Shown: piece by piece, positions 9,365 to 19,319 of the stretch
How positions within the stretch are numbered: position 1 is the first letter of the stretch
How the letters are laid out: every line of letters begins with the position of its first letter
Assembly: GCF_000237865.1 (NCBI RefSeq)
Contig: NC_017459.1
Coordinates: forward strand, 990,001 to 1,022,000
Source of the DNA: Haloquadratum walsbyi C23
Lineage (GTDB): Archaea; Halobacteriota; Halobacteria; Halobacteriales; Haloferacaceae
Reading direction: 5' to 3'
DNA length: 32,000 bases
Made by a program: the position numbers and the translations under genes
The notes under the pieces: generated by a model
What the model saw: the letters and a program-made list of their open reading frames with translations, nothing else
Told to the model about the DNA's origin: nothing
The model's database searches: none

Positions 9365-11074
9365 GTGAGCACTGAAACAGACACAGACGACACGGGATCA
9401 GAGCCTGACCCAACGGAGACGGAAGCATTCCGCAGCACCTGTAAGCATCTTGTCGAGCAAATCGTCGCAGGTGATGTCGACCGCGATAGTCTCGAGTCGG
9501 CAAAACTAGATGCTTGTTCACAATATGGGTCACCAAAGGTTCCAAAAAACACAGATATCCTTTCACATGCCTCCGCGGCGAATCGCGATGATGTCAAATC
9601 CGTTGTGCGGCGGAAGCCTGTCCGGACCGCATCAGGTGTCTCACCAATTGCGATAATGACTTCTCCGCACATGTGTCCGCATGGTAAATGCCTATATTGT
9701 CCAGGCGGTCCTGCAAGTGAGTTTGATTCCGCACAGAGTTACACTGGACATGAACCTGCTGCAGCACGTGGCAAGCAGAATGAATACGACCCATATGGTC
9801 AGGTAACACTCCGACTTGAGCAACTTCGACACATCGGACACCCGGTTGATAAAGTCGAACTCATTATTATGGGGGGAACAATGACTTCACGGAGTCATGA
9901 TTATCAAGAGTGGTTCCTCAAACGTGCGCTTGAAGCGATGAATGATTATGATACTGATTCAAAACCGGATCCTGCATCTGATCAATCATTTAAACCTGAT
10001 CCGGAAGATGTTGAATTTCGGTATCTTGAAGACGTCATTGCGGAGAATGAGACTGCAGATATTCGGAATATCGGGACAACCTTTGAAACAAAACCGGACT
10101 GGTGTGACCCAGAACAGATCGACCGGATGCTTGACCTTGGTGCGACAAAAGTCGAGGTTGGCGTGCAGACAACCTATGAGCGGATTAATCGCGAAATGCA
10201 TCGAGGACATGGTGTGCAAGCATCAATCGATGCAAACCAACGACTCCGCGATGCCGGATTCAAAGTTGGCTTCCATATGATGCCTGGACAACCAGGAATG
10301 ACGTCTAAGATGATCCGCGAAGACTTCCGACAACTGTTCAATCGCACCGAATATCGTCCTGATTATCTGAAGATCTACCCAACACTTGTTGTACGCGGAA
10401 CTCGCGTATATGATCAATGGCGGCGCGATGATTTTGAACCACTTGATAATGAAACAGCCGCAGAAATAATCGCAGAGGTAATGGGGATGATTCCAGAATA
10501 TACGCGCCTTCAGCGTGTTCAACGTGATATCCCTGCAGATTTCATTGATGCTGGTGTATGGAAGTCTAACCTGAGACAATTAGCCAGTCAACGTGCTGAT
10601 GAGAAGGGAATTGAGATTCGTGATATTAGGGCACGTGAGGCAGGATTGAATGAAACTGACCCTGATCCTGAGCATATTGAATTGAATGAAATGACATATG
10701 ATGTAGCTGGCGGGACCGAACACTTCCTCAAGTTTGAAGATTCGTATGCAGATCTGCTCATTGGATTCTGCCGACTTCGATTCCCAGGAGCAACAGTTCG
10801 TCGCGAACTTAAAAACGCTGCTGTGGTCCGAGAACTACATGTATATGGAAGTGAGGCAGGAATTGGGGCAACAGCTAATAAATCCGAATCTACTGGAGAT
10901 ACTGCTTGGCAACATAAGGGGTATGGAAAACGGCTTATTACTCGTGCTGAGGAGCTGGCACGTGAGGCTGGGTATGATTCACTTGCAATTATCTCGGGAA
11001 TCGGTGCTCGACAGTACTATCGGCAGAAACTTGGGTATCATCAGGACGGACCGTACGTTGCAAAGAAATTATGA
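9365..11074 (+). CDS. elp3: Elp3-type radical SAM/GNAT tRNA uridine(34) modification enzyme
   Basis: Radical-SAM cluster 'CPHGKCLYCPGG', 'IMGGT', and a C-terminal GNAT 'HKGYGKRLITRAEELAREAG'. GTG start with GGAG about 9 nt upstream. Confidence 0.9.
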   Translation: MSTETDTDDTGSEPDPTETEAFRSTCKHLVEQIVAGDVDRDSLESAKLDACSQYGSPKVPKNTDILSHASAANRDDVKSVVRRKPVRTASGVSPIAIMTSPHMCPHGKCLYCPGGPASEFDSAQSYTGHEPAAARGKQNEYDPYGQVTLRLEQLRHIGHPVDKVELIIMGGTMTSRSHDYQEWFLKRALEAMNDYDTDSKPDPASDQSFKPDPEDVEFRYLEDVIAENETADIRNIGTTFETKPDWCDPEQIDRMLDLGATKVEVGVQTTYERINREMHRGHGVQASIDANQRLRDAGFKVGFHMMPGQPGMTSKMIREDFRQLFNRTEYRPDYLKIYPTLVVRGTRVYDQWRRDDFEPLDNETAAEIIAEVMGMIPEYTRLQRVQRDIPADFIDAGVWKSNLRQLASQRADEKGIEIRDIRAREAGLNETDPDPEHIELNEMTYDVAGGTEHFLKFEDSYADLLIGFCRLRFPGATVRRELKNAAVVRELHVYGSEAGIGATANKSESTGDTAWQHKGYGKRLITRAEELAREAGYDSLAIISGIGARQYYRQKLGYHQDGPYVAKKL

Positions 11075-11155
11075 TTCAGATACGATTCTACTAATAACAC
11101 GCAAAAATTATTATTTACTCTCAAAATTTGCATATCTGCTGGATGACATGACTCA

Positions 11156-11770
11156 TTATAATCTCTTTTCCATTGAGACATGTGGAATACCAGCTTCCTC
11201 AAACACGTCACTGACAGTGCTGTACCCACATACATTATAGAATGACTCAACACGTGTCTGTCCATGAAGTCGAAGAATCGAGAGTCCACATTGTCGTGCG
11301 TGTGTCTCAACGGTCTGCATGAGGCGTGCTCCCCATCCTTGGTTCCGATGATCAGCAAGAACAGCCACTCGCTCAACTTTCCCAATAGTAGTAGTCTCTG
11401 TAACCGCTGTTTCAAGATTACAATTTGACTGTTTGGTATTACCGCTACAGGTGTCGGTATCGGCGTCGGTATCGGTATCAGTATCAGTATCAGTATCAGT
11501 ACTAATTTTCGCATCAATATCACTACCAGAATCCGAAGCAACACTGTTGTCTGCATCATCCGGGACGCTTTCATTCAGTACCCTGAGCCGAGCGGTACCA
11601 ACCGGTTGTGACCCGCTGTAAGCGATGAAATGAGCAGTTGGAGCCGCTGGATTGTCATGCTCATCCCATTCGAGCGTTTCACTGATATCCTGTTCATTAA
11701 CGAAAACACGATGACGTACACTAAACACATCTTCTCGCTGCTCACTAGTCGTGGCTAACTCAACTGGCAT
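11156..11770 (-). CDS. GNAT family N-acetyltransferase with about 60-aa low-complexity insertion
   Basis: GNAT motif A 'VAVLADHRNQGWGARLM' and an N-terminal 'VRHRVFVNEQ' block. The insertion 'SVPDDADNSVASDSGSDIDAKISTDTDTDTDTDTDADTDTCSGNT...' lies between them. Confidence 0.8.
   Translation of the reverse strand: MPVELATTSEQREDVFSVRHRVFVNEQDISETLEWDEHDNPAAPTAHFIAYSGSQPVGTARLRVLNESVPDDADNSVASDSGSDIDAKISTDTDTDTDTDTDADTDTCSGNTKQSNCNLETAVTETTTIGKVERVAVLADHRNQGWGARLMQTVETHARQCGLSILRLHGQTRVESFYNVCGYSTVSDVFEEAGIPHVSMEKRL
11451..11502. repeat. hexanucleotide microsatellite (GTATCR)n, about 8 units, encoding (Thr-Asp)n on the minus strand
   Basis: Direct read: gtgtcg gtatcg gcgtcg gtatcg gtatca gtatca gtatca gtatca gtac. 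Confidence 0.9.
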
Positions 11771-11847
11771 CGTTCGATATTATCATTGTAATCAAATCGG
11801 CATGATTGAGTGCAGAGTGTTCGCCTTTTTCGGTACTCGCTGCAGCA

Positions 11848-12660
11848 TTATGTCGTTTTACTTGCTTCTCTTGCATCATCAGTCCAGTTCGGTTCAGAAA
11901 CCGTTGTTTCTCCAAGTTGAGTATAGTTTGTTGCAAATCTGATTCGGAGTGTTCGCCTATCAGTCCTAAACTGAGCGTTAAGCTGTAACTCTCTGATAAC
12001 ACCGTTTTCATCAATCACAAGTGTTGAGGTAGCGTTTTCGACAGTTGCAGTTGATGTTTGCGTAAGATTCTGTACATCGGTGACCGACTGCAATTCATAT
12101 CGAATAACCGCTGTGTCACCACGCTGTGTCTGTTCAACACGCCTATATTCGATTGTGTTGATTAGCCGCTCAATGAGTGATCGCTGAGCAGTTGTATTGA
12201 CGGTCGCCTGCTGTCCCTGTTGAATTGCGTATTGCGACTGATTTGATTGTGTTTGATTAACATATATTGTTCCGTTATTATTGTAATATTGATCAGTACT
12301 TTGAACAGAACGACTTTGAGATTGAGATCGTGACTGTGATTGTGCCTCTTGTTGCTGTGTTGTCGTTGCGACAAGCAACTCCTGGTTTGCTCTGAGGTCA
12401 ATTCGACGAGTGCTTTCGGTTTGCTGTATAACACTCACGTTTGTGGTTTCTGTCACTGTCCGCTGTTCCGTCTGGATTATATATGACTCGGCTGCTGAAA
12501 GGCCAGTGATGTGTGCATCAGCGATCTCCGTTGCGTTAAGACCAGATTGAGGAAGCGACTCAAACGTACTATCATCTGGACCCGGAGCAGTCGGTGCAGA
12601 GCACCCAGCGATGATGAGGAGAAATACAACGCCAGCAACGATAATTGGAGTACGAGCCAT
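11848..12660 (-). CDS. secreted lipoprotein, function unknown (Gln/Ser/Thr-rich)
   Basis: Signal peptide with lipobox 'VVFLLIIAGCSAP'. The mature part is rich in T, Q and S and includes 'QSQSRSQSQSRS'. Confidence 0.65.
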   Translation of the reverse strand: MARTPIIVAGVVFLLIIAGCSAPTAPGPDDSTFESLPQSGLNATEIADAHITGLSAAESYIIQTEQRTVTETTNVSVIQQTESTRRIDLRANQELLVATTTQQQEAQSQSRSQSQSRSVQSTDQYYNNNGTIYVNQTQSNQSQYAIQQGQQATVNTTAQRSLIERLINTIEYRRVEQTQRGDTAVIRYELQSVTDVQNLTQTSTATVENATSTLVIDENGVIRELQLNAQFRTDRRTLRIRFATNYTQLGETTVSEPNWTDDAREASKTT

Positions 12661-12845
12661 CTATTTTGCCGATAGAGTAGCCAATGAAATAGACTTACGT
12701 TTTGCTATACGTCATCTGCATGAGTATGCACTATACATGCATGTTTGACTCCTAATTATGACCAACGGGCACTTACAGCGCTTTTTCAGAACAACTGAAG
12801 CAAACAGAACGGTCGGCTTTTGAATGTGCTAGAGATATAGTATCT

Positions 12846-15005
12846 ATGGACCCGAAGCAGGAATTAACAAGCGTTGATATCGCTGCTCTCGTCACCGAAT
12901 TACGCCGATACACGGGTGCAAAAGTCGATAAGACATACCGATATGGCGATGATCTGCTTCGATTTCGGATGCGTGATTTTGATCGTGGACGACTTGAATT
13001 ATTGATTGAGGTCGGTACGCAAAAGCGTATTCACACTGCTGATCCTGATCATGTACCAGATGCCCCTGAGCGACCGCCAAATTTTGCGATGATGCTTCGA
13101 AATCGACTGTCAGGAGCAGATTTGGTAAACGTTGAACAGTTTGAATTTGACCGTATTATGATCCTCAGCTTCGAACGTGGTGAGGAGATGACTCGTATTA
13201 TCGTGGAGTTATTCGGCGACGGAAACGTCGCTGTTGTTGATTCGGCTGGTGAAGTCATTCAAAGCCTGGAAACAGTTCGATTAAAGTCGCGAACTGTTGC
13301 CCCTGGAGCACAATATGAGTTCCCAGATTCCCGTGTGAATCCACTCCAGGTTACATATGACCGATTTGTCAGTCTGATGAATGAGTCTGACACCGACATT
13401 GTTCGAACACTCGCAACGCAATTGAATCTCGGTGGGCTCTATGCTGAGGAAGTGTGTGCACGAGCGGGCATTGACAAAACAACGCAAATTACGAATACCT
13501 CAGACAAAATATATCGTGCAATTTATACTGCGCTTGAATCGTTGGGGACTCAACTTCAAAGCGGGGATTTTGAACCACGATTATACGCCGATGACGATGC
13601 TGTCATTGATGCCACTCCATTCCCACTTGAAGAACGGAAACAACAAAATCTCGATGTAACAGCATATGATAGCTTCAACGGCGCGCTGGATGTCTATTTC
13701 CGAGAGGTAGACCGCAATCCAGCCGCAGAAGAATCAGGGCAGACACGTCCTGACTTTGCGGCAGAAATCGCAAAGAAGCAGCGGATTATCGAACAACAGG
13801 AGGGGGCAATTGATGATTTTGAACAGCGTGCTGAGGCAGAGCGATCCCGCGCAGAGCTATTATACGCGAATTATGAACTTGTCAATGAAATAATCGAAAC
13901 AATTCAGACAGCAAGAGCCGAAGATACCTCATGGGACGAAATTCGTGAAACATTTGCAATGGGAGCCGAGCGTGGAATCGATGCTGCTGCGGCTGTTGTC
14001 AGTGTCGACGGTGCTGAAGCGATGGTCACAATCGAGATTGATGACGTGCGTGTGCCAGTCAATGTTGATGTTGGCGTTGAGAAGAATGCTGATCAGCGTT
14101 ACACGGAAGCCAAGCGAATTGAGGAGAAAAAAGAGGGTGCACTCACCGCCATTGAAAACACGCGTGAGGAACTCAATGCGGTGAAACAGCGTCGCGATGC
14201 ATGGGATCGTGAGGATGCGAAACCTGATACTGAAGATAATGCCGATAACACAGAAACTGTTACAGACAAAGTTAACACTGGCACCGAGCCGAGTCGCATG
14301 GGTCCGACAAATGATGAATGGCTCTCAATGACATCAATTCCACTACAAAAAAATGATGATTGGTATGAGCAATTCCGGTGGTTCCACACGTCGACAGGAT
14401 ATCTTGTTGTCGGAGGGCGTAATGCTGATCAAAACGAGACGCTCGTCAAAAAATATCTCAATAAACATGATCGATTCTTCCATACAGAGGCACATGGTGG
14501 ACCCATCACGATTCTCAAAGCAAGTGGTCCATCAGAGCCGGCTGAACCGATTGAACTCACAGCGGAGACGCGCCGTGAAGTCGCGCAATTTGCCATTTCA
14601 TATTCATCAATCTGGAAGGAAGGACGTTATGCAGATGATGCATATGTCGTCACCCCAGATCAGGTTTCAAAAACCCCGGAGTCAGGAGAGTATATTGAAA
14701 AAGGCTCATTCGTGATTCGAGGCGATAGGACATACATTCGAGATGTCGCCGCGGAAATAGCAGTTGGAATTCAGTGCGCGGATGAAACACAGGTAATCGG
14801 TGGTCCCCCATCGGCAATTGCGGATCGAGTTCCAACAATGGTCCAAGTCCGACCGGGTCGTTATGCGCAGAATGATGCCGCAAAATTAGCCTATCGCGAG
14901 TTTCGCAATCGGTTTGCTGATGAATCGTTTGTTCGTAAGATTGCAAGTCCAGACAAAATCCAAGAGTTCTTACCACCTGGTGGGAGTGATCTTGTCGATG
15001 AATAG
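12846..15005 (+). CDS. NFACT family protein (archaeal Rqc2/RqcH/FbpA homolog, ribosome quality control)
   Basis: N-terminal NFACT-N '[15 protein letters not shown]...KVDKTY', a central coiled-coil, and NFACT-R/DUF814 '[43 protein letters not shown]'. Confidence 0.85.
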
Positions 15006-15040
15006 TAGCATCTTTGTCTGAGAGCATTTATACTACTAAT

Positions 15041-16108
15041 ATGCGCATTCCGAGTCGCGGACGCGGCGAGGAGGGGAAAGAACAGTGGACACTTGTCCCT
15101 GAGAATGTTGATGATCTGTGGCATCTTTCACACGTTCTAGAACCGGGCGATCGTGTTGGTGGTGATACAACTCGTCGAATCCAACGTAATGATGAAAATC
15201 TCCGAGATACCGGTGGACAGCGCGAACACCTCGTGGTTACGATCGAAGTCGCGGATGTTGAGTTTGCTCGATTTGCAAACCGACTGCGAGTCGGTGGTGA
15301 GATTATCAGTTGCTCTCGTGAGGATGAACTCGGGCATTATCACACACTAAATGTTGAGTCTCATGATGAAATCATCGTGACAAAGAAATTTGCTCCCGAT
15401 CAACGAAAGCGGATTGAAGCTGCTGAGGAGGCAGCTGAAAATGCTGATGTTGCTGTTGCAACTATTGAGGAGGGCGAAGCGCATATTCACACCGTTGCTC
15501 AGTATGGGACTGAAGAACAATTCTCACGAACTGCGACAACTGGGAAAGGTGAATATTCACAGCCGCGAACAGAGCTATTCGCAGAGTTCGCAGCTGCCCT
15601 ATCACGGATGGATGTTGATGCGATTATTCTGGCTGGACCAGGATTCACTAAACAAGACGCTGAGGAGTATATCCAGTCAAATAACCCAGAAATTATAGAT
15701 AAACTGACTATTGTTGATACAGCAGCTGTTGGTGACCGTGGTGTCCACGAAGTATTGAAACGTGGCGCTGTCGATGAGGTGCAGACACAGACTCGTATTT
15801 CTGCTGAGGCTGAGTTAATTGATGAATTAATGGAAGGAATTGCAACCGGTGAGAAGATTGCATACGGAATCGATGAAGTAGCTAAGGCAGCTGAATTTGG
15901 TGCTGTTGATGATCTTCTTGTCGTTGATGATCAACTCAGAGAGGAGCGACGCGATTCTGGTGATTGGTCAACTGACGTCGATACTGTTCTTCAAAATGTC
16001 GAGCAGCAAGGCGGGTCAGTGACGGTTCTCTCTGGGGAGTTTGATCCTGGACAACGATTGCGAAACCTCGGTGGGATTGCAGCTCTTTTGCGATATCGAC
16101 TCCAGTAA
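15041..16108 (+). CDS. pelA: mRNA surveillance protein Pelota (Dom34 homolog)
   Basis: '[22 protein letters not shown]' and the eRF1-like domain layout. The ATG at 15041 is preferred over the TTG at 15014. Confidence 0.9.
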
Positions 16109-16165
16109 CCAATATCCTCCCACAATTGGACTTCAGACTTTTTTGTCGTTCATCTTTGTCTTTAA

Positions 16166-16423
16166 TTATCGGTGGTCGAGTGCGCGAAGTAGTCTGTACG
16201 CTTGTGCTCCACTTATAATAATCCCAGCGACCCGCGAATCCGCTTGGGCTAAGATGCCAGCTTCTATGATACCTACAGTTCCCGTCTTGAACGGATTCAA
16301 TACTGCAGTATTAATCACTGCAAGTGGCTCACCGGTTTCACCATTTTCGAGTGAAGAAAGTGGTAATACAAACCATGCATTGCTTTCGTCAAATCTAGTG
16401 GCATACGCATATTCACACATCAC
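16166..16423 (-). CDS. hypothetical small protein; promoter or N-terminus possibly disrupted by the adjacent IS
   Basis: 85-aa ORF with GTG/ATG start at 16423/16420. The reading frame stays open upstream into the IS left end. I recognised no motif. Confidence 0.35.
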   Translation of the reverse strand: MMCEYAYATRFDESNAWFVLPLSSLENGETGEPLAVINTAVLNPFKTGTVGIIEAGILAQADSRVAGIIISGAQAYRLLRALDHR

Positions 16424-16448
16424 GTCGCTGTATGAAGGGATAGCGGCA

Positions 16449-17772
16449 TGTGTTGATACGTTCCTCGGCTCTGCACGTTTAAGTAGGGGCGTGATGTAGG
16501 CAGCATTGAAACCTGATGCTGCCGATTACGGATTTCCTCTCGTGCACCGACGTGCTGGATGAATTCGACTCGCTATCATATCATCAAACGACTCACGCCA
16601 AAACGTACGTGACAGGTCTTGCTGCGGGCCGCAGCAAGACTGTAACCGGAATTGCACGAGAGGTCCTTCCTGCCGGAAGTGACCGAGCACTCAACAAGTT
16701 CATCACCGAATACGATTGGGATGAGGATCAGCTCAACCACGAGCGGTTAGAGGAACTGCAAAAACACGGAGAGACACGCTGGTCACAAAACGGCTATATC
16801 GTTATTGACGATTCAGTCATCCAGCGAACCGGGAAGTCCCTTCCCGGTGCTGGAGAGTTCTACGATCACTCTGAGGGTGAGCCTGTTTGGGGACAGAACC
16901 TCGTCTACGCGTTCTATACCGATGATAAAACGTCCTATCCACTTGCTTTTCGCCAGTACGAGAAGGCCGACGACGAGGACGAGGAAGACGAACAGGAGAC
17001 AAAATACGACCTCGCACGAGAGATAATCACGGAATTAGAAGAAGAGGTAGGTGTGCCTGCGGGCACCTACCTCTTCGATGCATGGTTTGCTCATGACTCC
17101 GGTCTGATCGAACACGTCGAATCACACGGCAAGGACTGGATTGGACCACTACGGGGCAACCGACAGGTGACCTACGCGAACAAAGAGAGACGCGTCGATG
17201 CGCTCGAAGAGTGCATCGACAAGGAAGAGCGAGAAGTTGACGGTGAAACGTACAAAATTTGGACTAAGACAGTCCCTGTCTCGAAATTAGGTGAAGTTCG
17301 GCTGGTAATCACAGAGAAGGTTACCGATGAGGACAAAGAGAATCCAGTAAAGTATCTTGCGACGAGCAAGATTGACGCGCCTTCGGCACACATTATTCGG
17401 AGCTATTCGTACAGATGGCGAGTAGAGACATTCTTCGAGGACTCGAAAGAGGATCTTGGCTTAGGAGACTGCGAGGTTCGTGATTCTGACGGTGCCAGTC
17501 GTCACTGGCACCTTCAGATGCTGGCCTACAGCCTTCTTCGGCTTGGTCCGGAATCGAGCGCCTCGGAGCGACTTGTCTCGAAAGCCTCGTCGCTCCGATC
17601 ACAACTCGAACACGGTCTCAAGGAGACGATCTACAACATGTTTTCCTGGGTGCGCGATCAACCAGACCGCGATCTCGATGGACTGATGGAAGATATTGAC
17701 CACCTCTTTCTCCATTCTGAGGGCGGTTTATAAACGTGCAGAGTCGAGTACGTTCGTTATCGTCTCAACACA
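16449..17772 (+). mobile_element. insertion sequence with a single DDE transposase (IS4/IS701-superfamily-like haloarchaeal ISH)
   Basis: Imperfect terminal inverted repeats: 16458-16481 'ACGTTCCTCGGCTCTGCACGTTTA' versus the reverse complement of 17731-17753 'ACGTACTCGACTCTGCACGTTTA'. An outer 'TGTGTTGA' (16449-16456) pairs with 'TCAACACA' (17765-17772). The element is GC-richer than its flanks. I found no clean target-site duplication. Confidence 0.7.
16516..17733 (+). CDS. DDE transposase (IS4/IS701-like)
   Basis: Candidate catalytic residues lie in 'IVIDDSVIQR', 'YLFDAWFAHD' and 'YSYRWRVETFFEDSKEDLGL' (Y-x2-R-x3-E-x6-K signature). Confidence 0.85.
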   Translation: MLPITDFLSCTDVLDEFDSLSYHQTTHAKTYVTGLAAGRSKTVTGIAREVLPAGSDRALNKFITEYDWDEDQLNHERLEELQKHGETRWSQNGYIVIDDSVIQRTGKSLPGAGEFYDHSEGEPVWGQNLVYAFYTDDKTSYPLAFRQYEKADDEDEEDEQETKYDLAREIITELEEEVGVPAGTYLFDAWFAHDSGLIEHVESHGKDWIGPLRGNRQVTYANKERRVDALEECIDKEEREVDGETYKIWTKTVPVSKLGEVRLVITEKVTDEDKENPVKYLATSKIDAPSAHIIRSYSYRWRVETFFEDSKEDLGLGDCEVRDSDGASRHWHLQMLAYSLLRLGPESSASERLVSKASSLRSQLEHGLKETIYNMFSWVRDQPDRDLDGLMEDIDHLFLHSEGGL

Positions 17773-17822
17773 CTCGTTAGTTATACGGGAAAAATTAAAT
17801 TATTAAATATAATATAAGCAAT

Positions 17823-18089
17823 CTAATCAGCGTTTATTGCTGCATTGTCACTTCTGTGTCCTGCAGATGCTGATTCGGCTGATCGTGATTGGGAACGATC
17901 AGATTGTGTCTCAAGTGCTGCAGACACTGGTCCATTGATGAAAAGTGCATGTCCGACGATACCAGCAGCAACTCCAGCCGCGAGTGGTACTGCTTGTGGG
18001 AGCGTCAATCCAAGTTCTATCAGCCCGCCCGAAAGTCCAAATAGTGCAAGTGGGATCAGGCCAAGGACGTAATCATAATACTCAGTCAT
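17823..18089 (-). CDS. small two-TM membrane protein, function unknown
   Basis: 88 aa with 'LGLIPLALFGLSGGLIELGL' and 'AVPLAAGVAAGIVGHALFI', followed by a Ser/Arg-rich tail. Confidence 0.5.
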   Translation of the reverse strand: MTEYYDYVLGLIPLALFGLSGGLIELGLTLPQAVPLAAGVAAGIVGHALFINGPVSAALETQSDRSQSRSAESASAGHRSDNAAINAD

Positions 18090-18323
18090 AATGTATTAAT
18101 ACATACCGTGGCTACTTATATAAATTTTTCGTGTACATAATGCATGCCCACTGTGTTGCCACTATCGATTATTCTCATAACTTATGAGTGAATAGCAACT
18201 CAAACGACTGAGAAGGAGATCATAAAAAGTGAAACAGTATCGAGTTTATCGATAATCATGATAACAATTAAGTAATAACAATATACTGAGCAATATCAGA
18301 TTGATACTTATTGTATTACCAGT

Positions 18324-18372
18324 AAACGACCACGGGTCGGGTGACCCGTGGAACTCTCGCTGTTTCCTTTAG
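18324..18372. repeat. unsplit copy of a 49-nt hairpin plus promoter-like module
   Basis: 'aaacgaccacgggtcgggtgacccgtg' is directly abutted to 'gaactctcgctgtttcctttag'. The hairpin has a 7-bp stem (18331-18337 with 18344-18350). The halves match 20055-20081 at 25/27 and 20431-20452 at 19/22. Confidence 0.8.
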
Positions 18373-18384
18373 ACCGAAAGCTGA

Positions 18385-19182
18385 ATGACGGCAGACTGTA
18401 TTATATATTACATGCGTGTCGCCGAGCAGACATGGCCTGAATTGGACTCATATATTAGTGAGGAATCACTCGCGGTTGTTCCGCTGGGTTCGACAGAACA
18501 GCACGGTCCACATCTCCCACTGTCGACAGACCATCTGATTGCAGAGGCATTTGCACGCGAGGCCACCGATCGGACAGGCTATCTCTGTACTCCACCGATC
18601 AATATTGGAGTCAGTCCGCATCATAGACAATTTCATGGAACAATGTGGGTTGATGCACCAGTCTTCCGTGATTACGTTGAGTCTCTCACACGGAATTTAG
18701 CGTACCATGGCATTGACCGGGTCATCTATGTGAATGCCCACGGTGGAAATGTTGAACATCTCCGCGAAGTTGGGCGTCGTCTCCGTGATGATGAGACGCT
18801 ATATGCGATTGAATGGATGTGGAATGAGAGCATCCCAGAACTTGTTGACACATTATTCGAACAAAATGGTCCACACGGTGGTCCCAAAGAAACAGCGATG
18901 ATCCAGTATCTCCAGCCTGAGTTAGTCAGTACTGACCGTCTTGCGGATGCGAGAGATGAGGGTCTTATAGAGTTCACAGATGATAATACACGAAAGTTTG
19001 GTTCACGAACATTCTATGACGCAATTGATAACACCAATAACGGTGTCTTAGGGGATCAAACCGATGCAACACCTGAAAAAGGTGAAAAAATGTTTGAGTC
19101 CGCAACAGAGCAGCTTGTGAAGCTCTGTCGATGGCTTGATCGCCAGACGATAGCTGATCTAATGCCTAAAGATCACGTATAA
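18385..19182 (+). CDS. creatininase-family amidohydrolase
   Basis: 'PLGSTEQHGPHLPLSTDHLIAEA' and 'VNAHGGN' are creatininase/ArfB-family metal-binding signatures. ATG at 18412 is an alternative start. Confidence 0.85.
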   Translation: MTADCIIYYMRVAEQTWPELDSYISEESLAVVPLGSTEQHGPHLPLSTDHLIAEAFAREATDRTGYLCTPPINIGVSPHHRQFHGTMWVDAPVFRDYVESLTRNLAYHGIDRVIYVNAHGGNVEHLREVGRRLRDDETLYAIEWMWNESIPELVDTLFEQNGPHGGPKETAMIQYLQPELVSTDRLADARDEGLIEFTDDNTRKFGSRTFYDAIDNTNNGVLGDQTDATPEKGEKMFESATEQLVKLCRWLDRQTIADLMPKDHV

Positions 19183-19248
19183 AATATTAACTAAGATGGT
19201 AAGATGGAATAAAATGATGCAGTCACTATGCTAACTGAATCACATCGG

Positions 19249-19273
19249 GGTCAACCTCCGAGGCAGTTAACCG
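19249..19273. terminator. hairpin in the convergent intergenic region (candidate bidirectional terminator)
   Basis: GGTCAAC (19249-19255) pairs with GTTAACC (19267-19273), 7 bp with one mismatch. It lies between the stops of the creatininase-family and DsbA-like genes. Confidence 0.3.
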
Positions 19274-19319
19274 AATGACATTGCTGATGGCAGACTGACT
19301 GGTTGTTATGAGTACTGGC

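Noticed and set aside
9105-9368. 87-aa plus-strand ORF in the 360-nt gap upstream of elp3
   Set aside because: It is rich in Ile, Tyr, Asn and Ser and AT-driven, it is not acidic, and it ends as the elp3 start region begins. It is most likely promoter or leader DNA rather than a gene.
11451-11502. Possible CRISPR-like periodicity (also considered for the 7-mer repeat at 30757-30788)
   Set aside because: The units are 6-7 nt and directly tandem, with no spacers, so these are microsatellites rather than CRISPR arrays. I saw no 25-40-nt repeat/spacer pattern anywhere in the window.
11041-11574. 177-aa minus-strand ORF containing 'ILILILIPIPTPIPTP'
   Set aside because: It is an alternative frame of the GNAT gene. 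The periodic peptide is simply the hexanucleotide repeat read out of frame.
18028-18045. Exact 'GAAAGTCC' followed by 'AAATAG', resembling RNase P CR-I and other conserved RNase P strings
   Set aside because: It sits inside a coherent 88-aa two-TM ORF on the opposite strand, with no surrounding helices. An 8-mer is expected by chance about once when both strands of 32 kb are read.
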